This document shows positions 22,985-37,659 of a stretch of DNA of 64,000 nucleotides, one piece after another. A model generated the notes under the pieces. That model was given only the letters and a program-made list of their open reading frames with translations, made no database searches and had not been told where the DNA came from. The position numbers and the translations under genes were made by a program. The stretch lies in NCBI GenBank assembly GCA_951406725.2, contig OX597819.1, positions 34,906,001 through 34,970,000 of the forward strand. Reading direction: 5' to 3'. How positions within the stretch are numbered: position 1 is the first letter of the stretch; each line of letters opens with the position of its first letter. This DNA comes from Octopus vulgaris. Lineage: Eukaryota.

Positions 22985-24584
22985 GGTCTTCAGTTATTAA
23001 ACAGCTCTAAAGTATAAATAAAGTACAACTACAAATGAACCTACATATCATTTGATAATGTTGTTGTTGATTACATTTATTTAAATAGCTACCCCCAAAT
23101 ACTGTTGCTCTTGTTATATCTATTTAAGGAGGTACCTCATATGAATCTTCACTACATGCTGGAGTGTGCAGTAAAGATCCTCAACTAGACACAGACCTTG
23201 TATATCTGGAAAAGGTTTGCAGCTTCATCATCAACATCATCGTTTAGCGTCCGCTTTCCATGCTAGCATGGGTTGGACGGTTCAACTGGGGTCTGGGAAG
23301 CCAGAAGGCTGCACCAGGCCCAGTTTGATCTGGCAATGTTTCTATGGCTGGATGCCCTTCCTAACGCCAACCACTCCATGAGTGTAGTGGGTGCTTTTTA
23401 TGTGCCACCGGCACAGGTGCCGGACAAGTCTGGCAAACGGCCACGATCGGATGGTGCTTTTTATGTGCCACATAAAATGGTGCTTTATAACAGATCTGTA
23501 ACAGATTTTAGTCCTTGGGTAGTAACTGTTATTTCCTATTTGCTTACCCCTAGAAAGTATTAAAAAATGGCTAATATTTCCTTCAAACTTTGCTTTTCTT
23601 ACATTTATGCAAACCCCAAAGAATACCCTCTCAATACATGGCTATGATGCTCCCCCACTACTCCTGCTCATGATCAGAGATGCACATATTGTCAGCCACT
23701 GAGGGACATGCTCAATTGGTTATGGTCAAGCAACTGACAAGCAAATCTGTAGTATTGAACTGAATATTTGCTATAACAATATTTCTACTTCAGCAACTCA
23801 TCAATGAATGTCTTAAATGTAATGGAAAATAGGTCAGTTTCAAAACACTGAAATCCAGGTCACGAAAGCAAAGTTTGAAGGGAGTAGTAGTAATTTCCTT
23901 TGATTTCCAGATAGAAACAAATAGGAAATAATGCTTACTAACAAAAGACAATGTTATACATGTGCTATATGTCACCTAGCTTACAGTTAATCTAAGGCTA
24001 CAGAACGATTGAGGAAGCCTCTACTTGCTTGGTCCCAAATCTCTCTGTATCCAGTCCCTACTGTATTGCAAAAGGAAAAACACATTGAGTAATCACATGC
24101 ACACATAGTAAAAATGATGAGATGGTTGCCATTGCTGGAATATAGGTTTGTTTAAGGTCTGAGGTATACAACATTAAGCAATGTGGATTGCTGAATGTCA
24201 TGACCATCAGTAATAGAATATGTGCCACTCATCCCTCAGCTAACTGTCAAAACATCCTTACTTCCCTATTTTACCAAACCATTTCTTTCTATATGGTCAG
24301 CAAGCTTAGTAAAAATATCAGCCAAATCTCCTACAAACCAAATTCTGCAGTTTAAAAAAGGATATATAATATATAATGAAATTATTGTATACAGTGCTCA
24401 GATGCACCACAACTTGTCAGAAAGTGCATATAAAGTACATGCAGTACTGCCGATTTTAGCAGTTTTGCAACTTCTTGCGGAACCCTGGTTGAAAACCACT
24501 GGTCTAGCATAACAGTATGTTTTGCTGAGAATTAATCCACTTTTTTTGACAGCAAGAGGTAAGTTTGTCTGAATTTTATCCATT

Positions 24585-24712
24585 ACATTATCCATTATAG
24601 TATATACCCGTTTTAGGCGGTCAATAGTTTAATTGAAGATGTGTCTATACATGTATATATATATACATGTGTATATATATATATTTATATATACATGTGT
24701 ATATATATAGAC

Positions 24713-24750
<38 letters not shown>

Positions 24751-24875
24751 ACACATGTATATATACACCTGTATATATATATATATATATACATGTATAG
24801 ATACATCTTTAATTAAACTATTGACCGCCTTAAAACAGGTTTCAACAGACAAATATTACTATAATGGATAATATA
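24585..24875. repeat. Fold-back inverted repeat around a (TA)n-rich core
   Basis: GTTTTAGGCGGTCAATAGTTTAATTGAAGATG is mirrored by CATCTTTAATTAAACTATTGACCGCCTTAAAAC; outer arms ATTATCCATTATAGTA / TACTATAATGGATAAT. Confidence 0.8.
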
Positions 24876-25237
24876 AGCATATAACTACTTATACACACAT
24901 ACAATAAATACAGACACACACATTAGTCAGACATATAGCCACATATACACACACTGCAAGAATATATTTATTTATAAAGTTTAAACAGAACATGGAATGA
25001 AATGTATTTATTTATAAACTTTAAACTGAACTTCTATTGTTTTATAAGCCTAACAGCGAACCTGACGCAAATACACGAAGTTGACGACTTTCACTTCTGA
25101 CAGCTAAAAGCATGACAGTATGCCAAATCTTCTTTTGCCCAATGATTTGTTCACACTTCAATTTTGCCCAATAATTTGTTGACACTTCAATTTACTATTT
25201 TCTAGAAATGTTTCTTTTCTAAATTATTGATATGTTA

Positions 25238-25540
25238 TTTTTTTTTTCCTTGTGAAAATTCCGGGGGAGGGGGTAACCCCCCCTTTCCGGAGCAATTCCG
25301 GACCAAAATATGGGATTTGCAGCATATTAGGAGGTCAGGGTACTTGATTCCACGCTAGAAATCTGATTTTTTTTTTTTTCCTTGTGAAAATTCCGGGGGG
25401 GGGGGTAATACCCCCCCTTTCCGGAGGAATTCCGGACCAAAATATGGGATTTGCAGCATATTAGGAGGTCAGGGTATTTGATTCCACGCAAAAAATCCGA
25501 GTTTTTTTTTTTTTTTCTTAGTGAAAATCGTGGGGGTGAT
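25238..25540. repeat. ~132 bp tandem repeat (2 copies plus a partial) with a G-run/C-run hairpin
   Basis: CCTTGTGAAAATTCCGGGGG..GGTAA..CCCCCCTTTCCGGAG...GATTCCACGC repeated. Confidence 0.85.
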
Positions 25541-25877
25541 ATTTTCGTCGCTTTAAAACCGCGACCTGTTCACTGACAAAACTTCGTGCTGCATAGTTTC
25601 ACTATTACATTTTTTTTTTTTTTTTTAACATTAGCAACAGTTTCAGCTTAACAATAATACTTTGTTGGATGCATAAAATCGTAACTCCATACATGTATGA
25701 TATTTTCAGTCAGAAATATTTTTGCAAAACTATCGTACGTGGAACTTACTACACTTGGACAATTTTCATATCTTAGCATCTGAAGCAGCTAGAGAAACGA
25801 TAGTTTGGCCAAAAGAACTAGTTATTGCAAGCAAAATTAAATATTGAAAAAAAAAAAAAAAAAAAAAAAACCGCAAT

Positions 25878-26252
25878 AGGCGCAGGAGTGGTTGTGTGGT
25901 AAGTAACTTGCTAACCAACCACATAGTTCCGGGTTCAGTCCCACTGCGTGGCATCTTGGGCAAGTGTCTTCTGTTATAGCCCCGGGCCGACCAATGCCTT
26001 GTGAGTAGATATGGTAGACGGAAACTGAAAGAAGCCTGTCGTATATATGTATGTGTATGTTTGTGTGTCTGTGTCATTGATTGACAATCGATGTTGGTGT
26101 GTTTACGTCCCCGTCACTTAGCGGTTCGGCAAAAGAGACCGATAGAATAAGTACTGGGCTTACAAAAAAGAATAACTCCTGGGGTCGATTTGCTCGACTA
26201 AAGGTGGTGCTCCAGCATGGCCGCAGTCAATTGACTGAAACAAGTAAAAGAG
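25878..26252 (+). mobile_element. tRNA-derived SINE (AGGCGCAGGAGTGG head); related copies at ~5430-5790(-), 8621-8780, 20620-20980, 29000-29170(-), 60530-60690
   Basis: A-box TGTGTGGTAAG, B-box GGTTCAGTCCC, core TTGGGCAAGTGTCTTCT, tail GACTGAAACAAGTAAAAG. Confidence 0.8.
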
Positions 26253-27414
26253 TAGGCCAAATTTGGACAAACGACAGTTTAACATAATAGAAACGTTAGC
26301 TACTTTTTCTCGCTGTAAAATTAGTCCCACGGGGGTGTTTTTCGGCAGCTTAGGATAAGGGTTGAACCGGTCGCCTTCAACGTTTTTAAACAATTCATCA
26401 GAATGGTTCACCTCCCTACTACTGAGATGGCGATAAAGTAATGGAATATTACTTATTGATAACTAAACTTGTAATAGACACATCGTTCTCGTATTTGGGA
26501 TAATGTACCGACCATAATCAATAGAGAACCAATACAGTATACCAACCATTATGTAAATAAGTTGTGACTGGACACACAAGTTGTTTACCTTTTGATAAGG
26601 AGACTTCCGCTAATTTATCGTTGGTAAGAGAGAAGAGGAGGGTATTCCCATGAATTGTTTAATAATGAAACTCACCAGTTCTTTCCTCCTTACCAGAGCC
26701 TGCCAAAAGGGTCCACGTGAAACTTAATACATAAATATTTAACGAGCCAACAAAGAAAACACTTCTACATACAATTTCTCGACATGCTAAAAGCAGCAAT
26801 CAAATTGCCTAGTATCTTCTAACTAACGTCTTTTTAAAAAGAGGATTAATACATTATGATGTATTCATCCTAGATACTCCTAGAAATATAGGATGATTTG
26901 CGTTGGAATGCCTTTCATTAAGGGTGTGATCGAATGTGTCTGAACTTGAACGAAACAAGGTATCGTTTCTTGCGTAATCAAATGTGTGTCGTTGAGGAGG
27001 AAGTAACAACGGACGTGAAACTAAATTTGATATTTGTGTTTTTAAATTGGGACATGATGAAATTGCAAACTTTATACTCAGCGGTAGGTAGCAGCTAAAT
27101 CTCCTGCGAACTATATCTTACACCACTGCAGACAATATTTCGATAATCTTATAATGTTCAATGTTTTTTGTTTTTTTTTTAATAAATAAATAAATAGTAA
27201 ATACCTAAAGTTTTCTTGACAGCATTTTTTATGAACCTAGAAAATCCAACAACGGAGCAAGAACAGTAACTCTTGTAAAATAAAAATATTAAAGAGCGAT
27301 AACTCGAGGAGCCTTAATGTTTTTGGTGGTTGGATGAAAAAATGTGCAATTAAAATAATGATTAATGATAAAGAAGGATTTAACTCATTATGTATAATTA
27401 AACAAAGAAATAAC

Positions 27415-27605
27415 GGATCTTTTCCTTTTGAACGGCACTCTTCAACACAATTTCTAGTTAACTAAACACTTTTAAACTTCGTATACTTCATTTTTTCTTG
27501 GCTTTATTGAGAAAATTCTATATGTTATAACATATTTCGTCTTTAATTTCGAGCATTTCGGCAATTTTAACCAATCGCTGACCTCCATTTAGGTAAACAA
27601 CATTC
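27415..27605. mobile_element. Truncated relative of the 9749-10289 MITE, cut by the gap
   Basis: GGATCTTTTCCTTTTGAACGGCA terminus and TAACTAAACACTTTTAAACTTCGTATAC match the reverse complement of 10210-10289. Confidence 0.75.
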
Positions 27606-27705
27606 NNNNNNNNNNNNNNNNNNNNNNNNNNNNNNNNNNNNNNNNNNNNNNNNNNNNNNNNNNNNNNNNNNNNNNNNNNNNNNNNNNNNNNNNNNNNNNN
27701 NNNNN
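27606..27705. other. Assembly gap (100 N)
   Basis: Exactly 100 Ns, the usual placeholder for a scaffold join of unknown size. Confidence 0.99.
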
Positions 27706-29648
27706 AAAGGCAGTTTAGCTGAGATGCTCCTAAAGTTCAACATAGTTGAAAGGCTTATGGACAATACTTTTGCTAAGTTCTCAAGGATAGACATAAGAGA
27801 ACTGGTCTCTAATATGTTTGACTCTGAAAATGTACTGATGGTTCATGAGAAAGAAGAGAGACTCAATATGTTGAAGGAAGCAGGTTCTTGATAAATATTT
27901 CTATCAGCCTGAGATGTTAGAAGGTTTAAGTGCAACAAATAGGTCAATAGTTAGCAGGTCAGAGATGATGACCTTTATCTGAACAAGGCCTACTGTAATG
28001 TATTTCAACAGATTAAGAGAGATTTCTTTAGAGAGAGGATGTTTATTATGAATCAGCAACATAGACTCACTGAAGTTAATTTCAACATTTTGGAGTTTCT
28101 GCAATTGTATTTCTCCAGTGCAAATTTATTTACACTAAAGTTGCAGTCAATGATGACACTGCTATATTACTTCCTACGCTGCTTGATTAACTAGAATAGT
28201 AACTTACTTGAAGTACTAACACCTCTCTCAAATGAACTTACAGTAGCTTTCCCAACCTCCATTTTTTTTATTGATTAACTAACCTCAATAGCTGGCCAAC
28301 TGTTGATTTCATTCAAAGAACTTTCTATCCCACTCAGTTCCTCACACATCAAACTTTTAGAGTGACACTTCAATGCTTTTGATTTCTTTCAGCGTTACAG
28401 AGAATAAGTAGCCACACAGCAACAGAATAGCATTTCTACCTGCATCTCAAGAAAACTGATCTGATATTTTAAACCTTGATCTACTGATTGATTATAAGTC
28501 TCCTCGGTCTAACATGTATTTCTCCAATTGACATAATACCCAGTGTTATTGTTGTTTAACTCCAGATCATTTAATTATAAGTCCATAATTAAAGGGGTTC
28601 CAGCCAAGACCATTCTGTCTTATCAGATTTATACTTCCCTTTTCCAAGACAGAAGAGTGATGTGAGGGAAATTTGACTGCTGTTTATAGTAAGCCATGCA
28701 AACCCATCAAGAGTTGAAGGCCCAAAGCAAGGCAATATGTGAGTGTGTGTGTCTGCAGCAGCATTATTGTTTTAACATCCACTTTTCCATGCTTGCATGG
28801 GTCATGGAAGTCACTGAGAGATTTTCTACAACTGATGCCCTTCCTGTTACCAACACACCTGTTTTCAAGCAAGGAAATATTTCCCCATAGCCAGACAAGT
28901 TTTCATGGAAGACTGGAGATTAGTCTCTACTTGTATGATGGTGATGCTCATTTATAACTATCCTATGATGTCAAAACAAAACAAGGACACACATACACAC
29001 CTATTTCACTTTCCATCTACCAAACCCACTCACAACTCTACTATTGTTCTGGACTGACCAAAGCCTGTAGTTATAGAAGATACTTGCCCAGGATAACAAG
29101 CAGTGGCACTGAACTCAAAACCAAGTGGTTGGGAAGCAAACTTTTTAATCACACAGCCATGCTTATGCCTATACACACACATCATTATCATTACCAATTT
29201 ACATTGTTTTCCATCCAGGGATGGGTTGCAGTAGTTCATTGTTTCATTTTAGCTTAGTCCCTGCTTTCTGTCATCAACTACTTTGCAAGATGTATTGAAT
29301 GCATTCTATCATGGCACCAGCACTTTAAAGGTTACACTGTCTTAGACAGGCCAAGGCAAAAGAGTCCCCTTAACTCTATGATGTCCCCACTTGTCTGCCA
29401 ACCACTTTATAGAATGCATTTTATTTTACATTTTACTGTGGCACCAGCACAAGAGAAGTTACCTTAACATGCGAGACAAAAGGGGTACTCACTTTTTTAC
29501 ATTGTCTTCAATCAGTCAGAATGTGACTAACAAAGTATATAAAAGTGAAGGTGATTGCAGAAGATGAACTAGAGTGAGAAGGAGAATGAAGAGGGAATAT
29601 GAAAGGAGAAACCAAGTTATTGAGATGATAGTGTAGAAGAAGAGGAAG

Positions 29649-29720
<72 letters not shown>

Positions 29721-32013
29721 AATAATGAAGAAAGACAGTAAAAGAAGGCCCTGTGTAGAGACACTAATGGCAGTCACATGTTTACAGGTAAAAGACAGAG
29801 GGTAAGTGATGGGTGGCTGAAGAAATGGTCAGTGAAAAGGAAGTGTGATGGCTGTCATAAATGATTGACATGGAGAAGAGGGAATGGCAAGTAGGGTATA
29901 GAAAGGTAATGTTAGTTGGTAAAATAGAACATGACTGGTGGACGTCCCCAAGAGATGACAATAAAAACAGAGTAACCTGAAAGTGGGGTGGAAGGGGTTG
30001 TAAGAGGAGACTGCATAGGTTGGATAAATGGGGAGGGGACCAGATACAAATAAATCTTATGCACTTCCTTGTAACAAAGGTCTTGTAATGGTAGGGAAAT
30101 ACTTGTGGCAGCCATATGTGTGTTGATTGAGAGGAAGGGCAAATGAGTGGCATGGTGCAGTGAATAGTAGAGGGGACAATACAGAGAAGAGGTTATTGAA
30201 TAGGCAAGAGGAGCAGCAGGTGGAGACATACGGGGGGAACAAGATGAGTGAAAGGTTCAAAGGTAGCTCCTAGATATATCCCACCCCCCTGTCACTACCT
30301 CCATTTTAACAGATGCACCACATTAGTGAGTTATGGCTCCCGACTCATATAAGAGGTTAATAACACCAAATAAGAATTGAATTGAGATGATCTGTCCGAA
30401 CCATGCCAGCATGGAAAAGCTGACGCAAGATGATAACACACACACACACACACAAATACAAACAACACAATATATATAGCATGTACATACACAAACGCAT
30501 CTATGCACAGAAATGAGACCAAAATGGTGTGTACGTGTATGCTATTATCCAGGTCAGTCCTACTCGAAAAACTAAGAAAGTCGTTCCAGTGGTGACCATT
30601 CCGTCTTTTGAAGTATGGTGTACACAGGACTGCCTAGCTCAAGGAGTTCTTCTTTCGTTAAGCGACAGAATAATTTGAGATTTGGCGACTATTTCCAGCA
30701 CACCAAACGACCCGCGTACGGATTTAGCTTCTATTTCTAGCTCAACATCGTATGTGTCTATCTATATACATACGTCTACTACAAATGATATTAAACAATG
30801 ATATGGTAGATTATTTGTATATTGTACAACAGAGATTTGAATCCCAGAAACATTTTTCTCATTTAGATTTTTAAAAATCTTTACTGATATAGTTCTCAAG
30901 ATTAAAAACAAGCTTCGGAGTTAATGACATAATTTAGAACAGATAATCGAGTACTTCTTTAGAATAATTATGTCGCCCAAACGTCTTTTTATTACTATGA
31001 TTTATTACGTGTAATAACCAAGAAAGGTGAACGGATACTTTATAACAGGACACTAAACATTTAGTTCATATCCACCAGCATCCCAATGCCCGTTGTACGT
31101 GGATAGGAAGTTACAATAGTCTTCCGGGTGGTGCGTGTAAGGGAAGAAAAATTCTTTCCAAGCAGTTTCTCAAACAGTCGCTAACTCTCACGAGGATAAA
31201 GTGGTGGTTATAAAAGAGATGTCTAGATTTCACTTAAGCGATATCTTGAAACTCCCAATCCAGGCTGCCTAAGTAAAAATAATTTCTTACTTAAGCAGAC
31301 AAGGTTTCAAATTTAAAGGAAAGATGTTGTGATGCTTACGCCTTTTCCGGGATACTTAAACGCTAACCAAGACAAGTGCAATGACCAAGGGAAGTTATGA
31401 ACATTAAAGATAATAATAAGAGAAGGAGGGATGTTATTTTGACACTATCTCCAATTGAAGTGATGTGTAATTTTTCTATTTCATACAAGTTTATATTTTA
31501 TCGCAATTTCTTGAAAAGCTCTATTAAAATTAATATCATTCAATAAAATTAAAATTACGAAACCATTAGAAATATATAAAAATTAAAGATGAAAAAAATT
31601 AACGATGCTCACATGTAAGAAATATACTTGAATTTACAGTTTCTTTAACGCAAATTCTTCTGGGACAGTAATCCAAGCTACAGAAATAGCAGAAATAAAA
31701 TAGAGTAATAATAATGATCAATAAATAAACAAAATTTTCAAAAAAATACCCTAGCGTATTTTAAATCACGTTTCTCTAATAAGCTGCATGAAGGATTTAG
31801 TAGAGATAAGTACTATAATTGATCTTTCTCAACAAGTCTTTAGTGGTAAACAAATCTTACATCAGATTGAGAGCGATTTTTTTTTTTTTTTATCATGGAT
31901 CAAATGTGAATACTATAGATTCATAGTTTATTATACACACCTACATAGAAACGTGTGTGTGTGTTGTGCATGTATATATGTATATATATATATATAGATA
32001 GATATATATATAG

Positions 32014-32066
<53 letters not shown>

Positions 32067-33989
32067 GTTCCTACATATGCACGTATACAATATATCCATT
32101 TATCACTGTAGGCATAATAGGAGAGAGAGCGAGAGAGAGAGAGAGAGAGAGAATGCAAGAAAGTTAATTGAATTTCAAATTAGAGATTCTACTGATTACA
32201 GCAGACAAAGGTAAGAAACAAAAGAGAACATCGATTAACAATAAACAATGTCGCTGTAAAGAGATAACAAATGTAACTGACAACTATTTATCCGTGGACA
32301 AAAACAGGAGGATAGGGAGGGTAACTAAAGCCGATTAACAGTAAACACCAGAATAGTTTCGGCTGATTTATAATGTCACTCATAAGACATATTTATTCAT
32401 TTACTAGTGAAGTTATAATTCACCAGAATATAAATCTAGAATCTTAGAATTTCAATTTCAAAAAAATTATTTTTAAAGAAAGATAAAGAAAAAAATAATT
32501 GCTACAAGAAAAATAATTACATTTGACGAATTAAAAAAAAAAATCTTGTTAATGCTTGTACTTTTAGAAAAAAGGAAAGGATTAAAGATGAAATAATCAT
32601 AAATACCACTTAAATGCGGATGGAATCAGTCAACAGCTCTGGATCTCATATTAATAAAAGATTTTTGGCTGGAATTTGGAAATGCTGGACGCAGAGTAAG
32701 TATTCCGACATAACACAATCAATTGAACTTCTAACAGACCGGTGTAACCGGTGCTGTGTAAACGATAAAACATATGTTGGGTAGTAAATACACGGGTGTA
32801 TTTCTCAAGTATCCCTTTACTTAAAAGTAGGTAAAACATCTAGTGTTCGAAAGCATGTTCCAATGTAGTCACTCATACAAAGAAAAAAGTGCAAGAAAGT
32901 AAAAATTCTGTTGTGTCCAGTGTATACAGGACTAACTCTTACATATGGTTAGCTTTCACTTACTTTATCACATGGTTGTCAGATTATTCTCGATTGAGAA
33001 ACCCGTGATGGTCCTTTTTCTCCACCTCATGGTTTCTTCCCACACCCATGTACTATAAATTTCCCGGCTGGAGTATAAAATTAGTTCATTCATGGTATAT
33101 AGTGTTGTATTTGAATTCGCTTTCATTTTGTTTATTTTATTTTCCAGCGACTTTTAAAAAGTATCAAAGAATAAGATGAAGGTTATATTTAATGGACTTG
33201 TTTTTGTTCTTTAAGTATGGGTCCTTTCAGTAATTCTTCCATGTCTTAGGAATTAACGACTGATATAGAAAAACTATGATTTGAAATAACAGTACAGATG
33301 ATCTATAAGGTTTTTACTAATTTTAGTAGTTTCGATAAGTATATATATATATATATAAACATACACACGCACTTATATATTATTGTTGTTGTTGCTTGCT
33401 ATATTCTGGGGTTTCGTGAGATCAAGGTTAATAATGTTCCTCTGAATTGTAGCATTTAGACAGCTGATGGACAGACATAGACCGAGAGGGAATTCCAGTG
33501 GGGTAATATTTAGGGACATACTGGTTAGGTTAGGATTCGAGGGAATAACACACTATATACGTTGGTCGGGAATGTCCGAGTAGAAGTGTCATGAGACTAA
33601 AAGCTCTGAGGGACAAAGGCCATTGTAGTAGTAGTAGTAGTAGAAAAAGCTAGAGGGAGAAAACTGAAGTGTGTTGTCATTCAGTTGGGTGACCTTTCAT
33701 GGGGATGTGGTTTTGGATGTCTGGATGTTTAAGTAGTATACCATTGTAGGTCTCACTTTAGGACTGGAAAGAGTTTCTATCGCTGGGGCCGAAGTACTCT
33801 CATGACCCAAAATAGGATTATTGAATAAATTAATATTTTATTAGCCTGAAATACTAAATTTATTGAATTCAGTCTCATTGTATAACACCTTGGACTAACC
33901 CAAGCCTTGTGAGTGAATTTACTAAACGGAAATTGGAAAGAAGCCTAACACCCCCTACACCCACACACAAGCTTAGATAGAAACAATTA

Positions 33990-35780
33990 GAAGCATCAAA
34001 TTGCTGGAGGAGGTGATGAAAAAGTTACTATGGGTCATAGTTCAACTAATTAGGAAGAGAGCTAGCCTAGATGAGATGCAGTTTGGTTTTGTGCCAGAGG
34101 GAAGCACTACTGATGTTATCTGCCTGATAATGCAACTTCAGGAAAAGCATTTAGCTAAAAATAAACTGCTGGAGAAAACTTTTGACAGACACCCCACTCC
34201 TTTATCTGCTGTTCAATGTAGAAGCTAGGGATAGATGAGTAGTTGGCAAGAGCTATAAAGGCCATGTACAGGGATGCTGTCAGTAAGGTGTAAGTCAGCC
34301 ATGACTGTAACAACAAATTTAGTGTACACATGGGAGTTCACCAAAGATTGGTTCTCAGCCCCATCTTGTTTATCATAGTAATCCAGAACAGAGAGAATTT
34401 TAAAACTGCTCTTGAGAGCTTCTCTACTCTGATGACTTTGTTCTTATAGCTGAATCATTACTAGAACTAAAGAAGAAATTTCAGGTGTGGAAGTAAGATC
34501 TGAAATCCAAAGGCCTTAGAGCTAATTCAGTAACGGCCAAAGTCCTAGTTAGTAGGAAAACAGACAAATCATTAATCTCTTCAAGGAGAAAACCTGCTCG
34601 ATATGGTAAGAGGTGCAGTGGTGTTATAGGAAGCTTGGCAGAGAAAGTGGTCTTTGTGTGTGAAAAATGTGCAGGTACAATAAACACAAAGAATGTACAG
34701 GAAATAGACATCCTCAAATGCCTGGAATAATCGAAATTGAAATAAAATTCGATGACTGGCATCCATGCTAGTGGAGCGCTAAGAGTACCATCCCAGTGTG
34801 ATCGTTGCCAGAGCAGCTGACTGGCATTTCAGTGCCGATGGCACATAAAAAGCACCATTCGAATGTGATCATCACCAGCGTCGCCTTACTGGCACGTGAA
34901 AAATATTCATGCGAGGTCGTTGCCAGTGCCGCTGGACTGGCTCTGTGTAGGTGACATGTAAAAAACACCATTTGAGCATGGCCGTTGCCAGTACCACCTG
35001 ACTGGCCCCCTCAAGTGCCGTGGCACATAAAAGCACTCACTACACTCTCAGAGTGGTTGGCATTAGGAAGGGCATCCAGCTGTAGAAACTCTGCTAGATC
35101 AGATTGGAGCCTGGTGCAGCCATCTGGTTTGCCAGTCCTCAGTCAAATCGTCCAACCCATGCTAGCATGGAAAGCGGATGGTAAACAATGATGATGATGA
35201 TGATGATGATGATCCTTAGAAGTAGTAGATAGCTTCTATCCTCTAGGCAACCAAGTTAGCGGCAGAGGAGGATGTTTTAAGAATGTAGTTGCTAGAATAA
35301 GAATGGGCTGGCCAAATTTCAGCGAGCTACTATCTTTGTTGGTAATAAAGGGCTTCTCCTTCAAAGTGAAAGACAAATTGTATGATGCCTGTATACAAAC
35401 AACCAAGCTACATGAGGGAAACATGGGCTGTGACTGCAGAGAACGTATGAAGGCTTCAAAGAAATGAACCCAGCATGCTCTGCTGGATGTGCAATGTCAA
35501 TGTGTATGTACAATGGGGTGTAAATGTTTTAAGAGAAAAATTGGGTACAAGAGGCATCAGATGTGGTGTACAAGAGAGAAGACTGCATTGGTATGGTCAT
35601 GTGATGCATTTAGACGAGAACAGCTGTGTAAAGAAGTGCAAATCTCTAATGATGAGGAAGGAGTAGACCAAGGAAAACATGAGATGAAGTGAGAAATGAT
35701 CTTCAGATGTTGAGCCTCACAGAGGAGAGTACAAGTGACTGAGACTTCTGGCAATTTGCTGTGCTTGAGAAGACACATCA
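33990..35780 (+). mobile_element. Degenerate RTE-like LINE reverse transcriptase fragment interrupted by a SINE
   Basis: DEMQFGFVPEGSTTDVICLIMQLQEK, GVHQ..VLSP.LF, LLYSDD and RRLHWYGHV in broken frames. Confidence 0.82.
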
Positions 35781-36617
35781 AACTAAATGAAATCATTGGT
35801 ATCTCCCCTCCCTCCACATACATGTCTTTTATGGTCTTTTCCCTCCACCTCACACATTCAGTCATCTGACCAATGTCAAAACTCACCCTTCTTCCCAACA
35901 CTTGCTACAGGACCCACCCTTCACTCTCTCTCCCTTGCCTATCTGCACACTCTCCATGCTTTCTCATTCCTACCCCTCCCAGCCACAACAATTTCCCTAA
36001 CCCTCACTTGCTGCAGTTATGTCTTCCTCCGTCTCTAAACAGCTCCTCACACACTTGTGGAACATCTCCCTCTACCCCCTCTGTACTACTTATACCTGCT
36101 CTCACTGTTCACTGTGGATAGGCCCCAATACATCTCCAGCACAATCTGTTTTTCTCTCTCTCTCTCTCACTCTGATTGTCTATCTTCCTTTTTAACTTTC
36201 TCCCACCTTCCTTGTCCTACATGGGTAGCCAAGTATTTTCTCTATAGTAAGACAGCTATTATACTTTAACTTCTTGCCTAGCACACAGCCACTTCCCTTG
36301 ATTCCACTCCCCCTCTCTCACCTAAGAGATCTTTGTCTTGAAAATTATTTGGTAACCCTACAGGTGCCAGTGCTACATAAAAAGCACCCAGTACACTCTC
36401 TGAAGTGATTGGCATTAGGAAGGGTGTTCAGTTTAATTAAAGCCTGGTGCAGCTCTTCAGCTTGAAATCTCCTGTCAAACTGTTCCACCCATGCCAGCAT
36501 GGAAAATAGACAATAAATGATGATGTACATAAACATAAATTGATTTTGTTTTTGATTGATTGATTTATATCATTTTGAGTAGGTAATTAGTCTCAGGTCA
36601 GACTCTTTACTTACCTA

Positions 36618-36656
<39 letters not shown>

Positions 36657-37659
36657 GTATACACACACACACACATATATGTATGTATGTACACACAGTC
36701 ACTATGAGGATATATAAAACCTATTATATGGATAGTTTTATCCAAGTTAAACTGGTTTATTATATATGTGTTTTGTAATTTGTATAGAGTGTAAACTGAA
36801 ACAATTGGTGGCAATTTTAATTAATTAATAAATTAATTTATATCCATTAAATCTCTCCATTTTCTTATTTCATAATATAAGTATATATTTATGTATGTAT
36901 GTATGTATGTATGTATATCACCATCAAGCCTTATTGTTTCCCCCTTTTATTATCGTTGTCTTTCGTCTCAAATGCTAGCTGAAGCATTTCTCCACAACAT
37001 ATAAACTTATTCACACGACCGCAAAGCATTTCATCTCAAATCTTGTCTTTCTGTCGCTTAAATCTCTACCCCATCTTTCCCAGTGCGAGGCAACTAGTGA
37101 GGCCATAACCCGTGGCCCCTACCTAAGACGTAGTCAGTCCACCTGTGCATACCTTCCTTCTTGTGACACTTGTGAAGACCTGTTGAGGCAAGTGAAAATC
37201 AAAAAATCAAAAATCAAACCAAAGTCAAACCAAATTAAAATAGATGAACATCAATGGAATTTGTATCTTTGTGGTACCAGTGCCGGTGGCACATAAGAAA
37301 ACCATCTGAACGTGGCCGTAGCCAGTACCGCATCGACTGGCCTCCGTGCTGTGAGCACGTAACAAACACCATCCGATCGTGGCCATTCGCCAGCCTCGTT
37401 TGGCACCTGTATTGGTGGCACATAAAAAACACCATCCGAGCGCGGCCGTCTGCCAGCCTCGTCTGGCACCTGTGTCGGTGGCACATAAAATCACTCACTA
37501 CACTCTCGGAGTGGTTGGCGTTAGGAAGGGCATCCAGCTGTAGAAACACTGCCAGATCTGACTGGCCTGGTGCAGCCTTCGGGCTCTCCAGACCCCAGTT
37601 GAACTGTCCAACCCATGCTAGCATGGAAAGCGGACGTTAAATGATGATGATGATGATAT

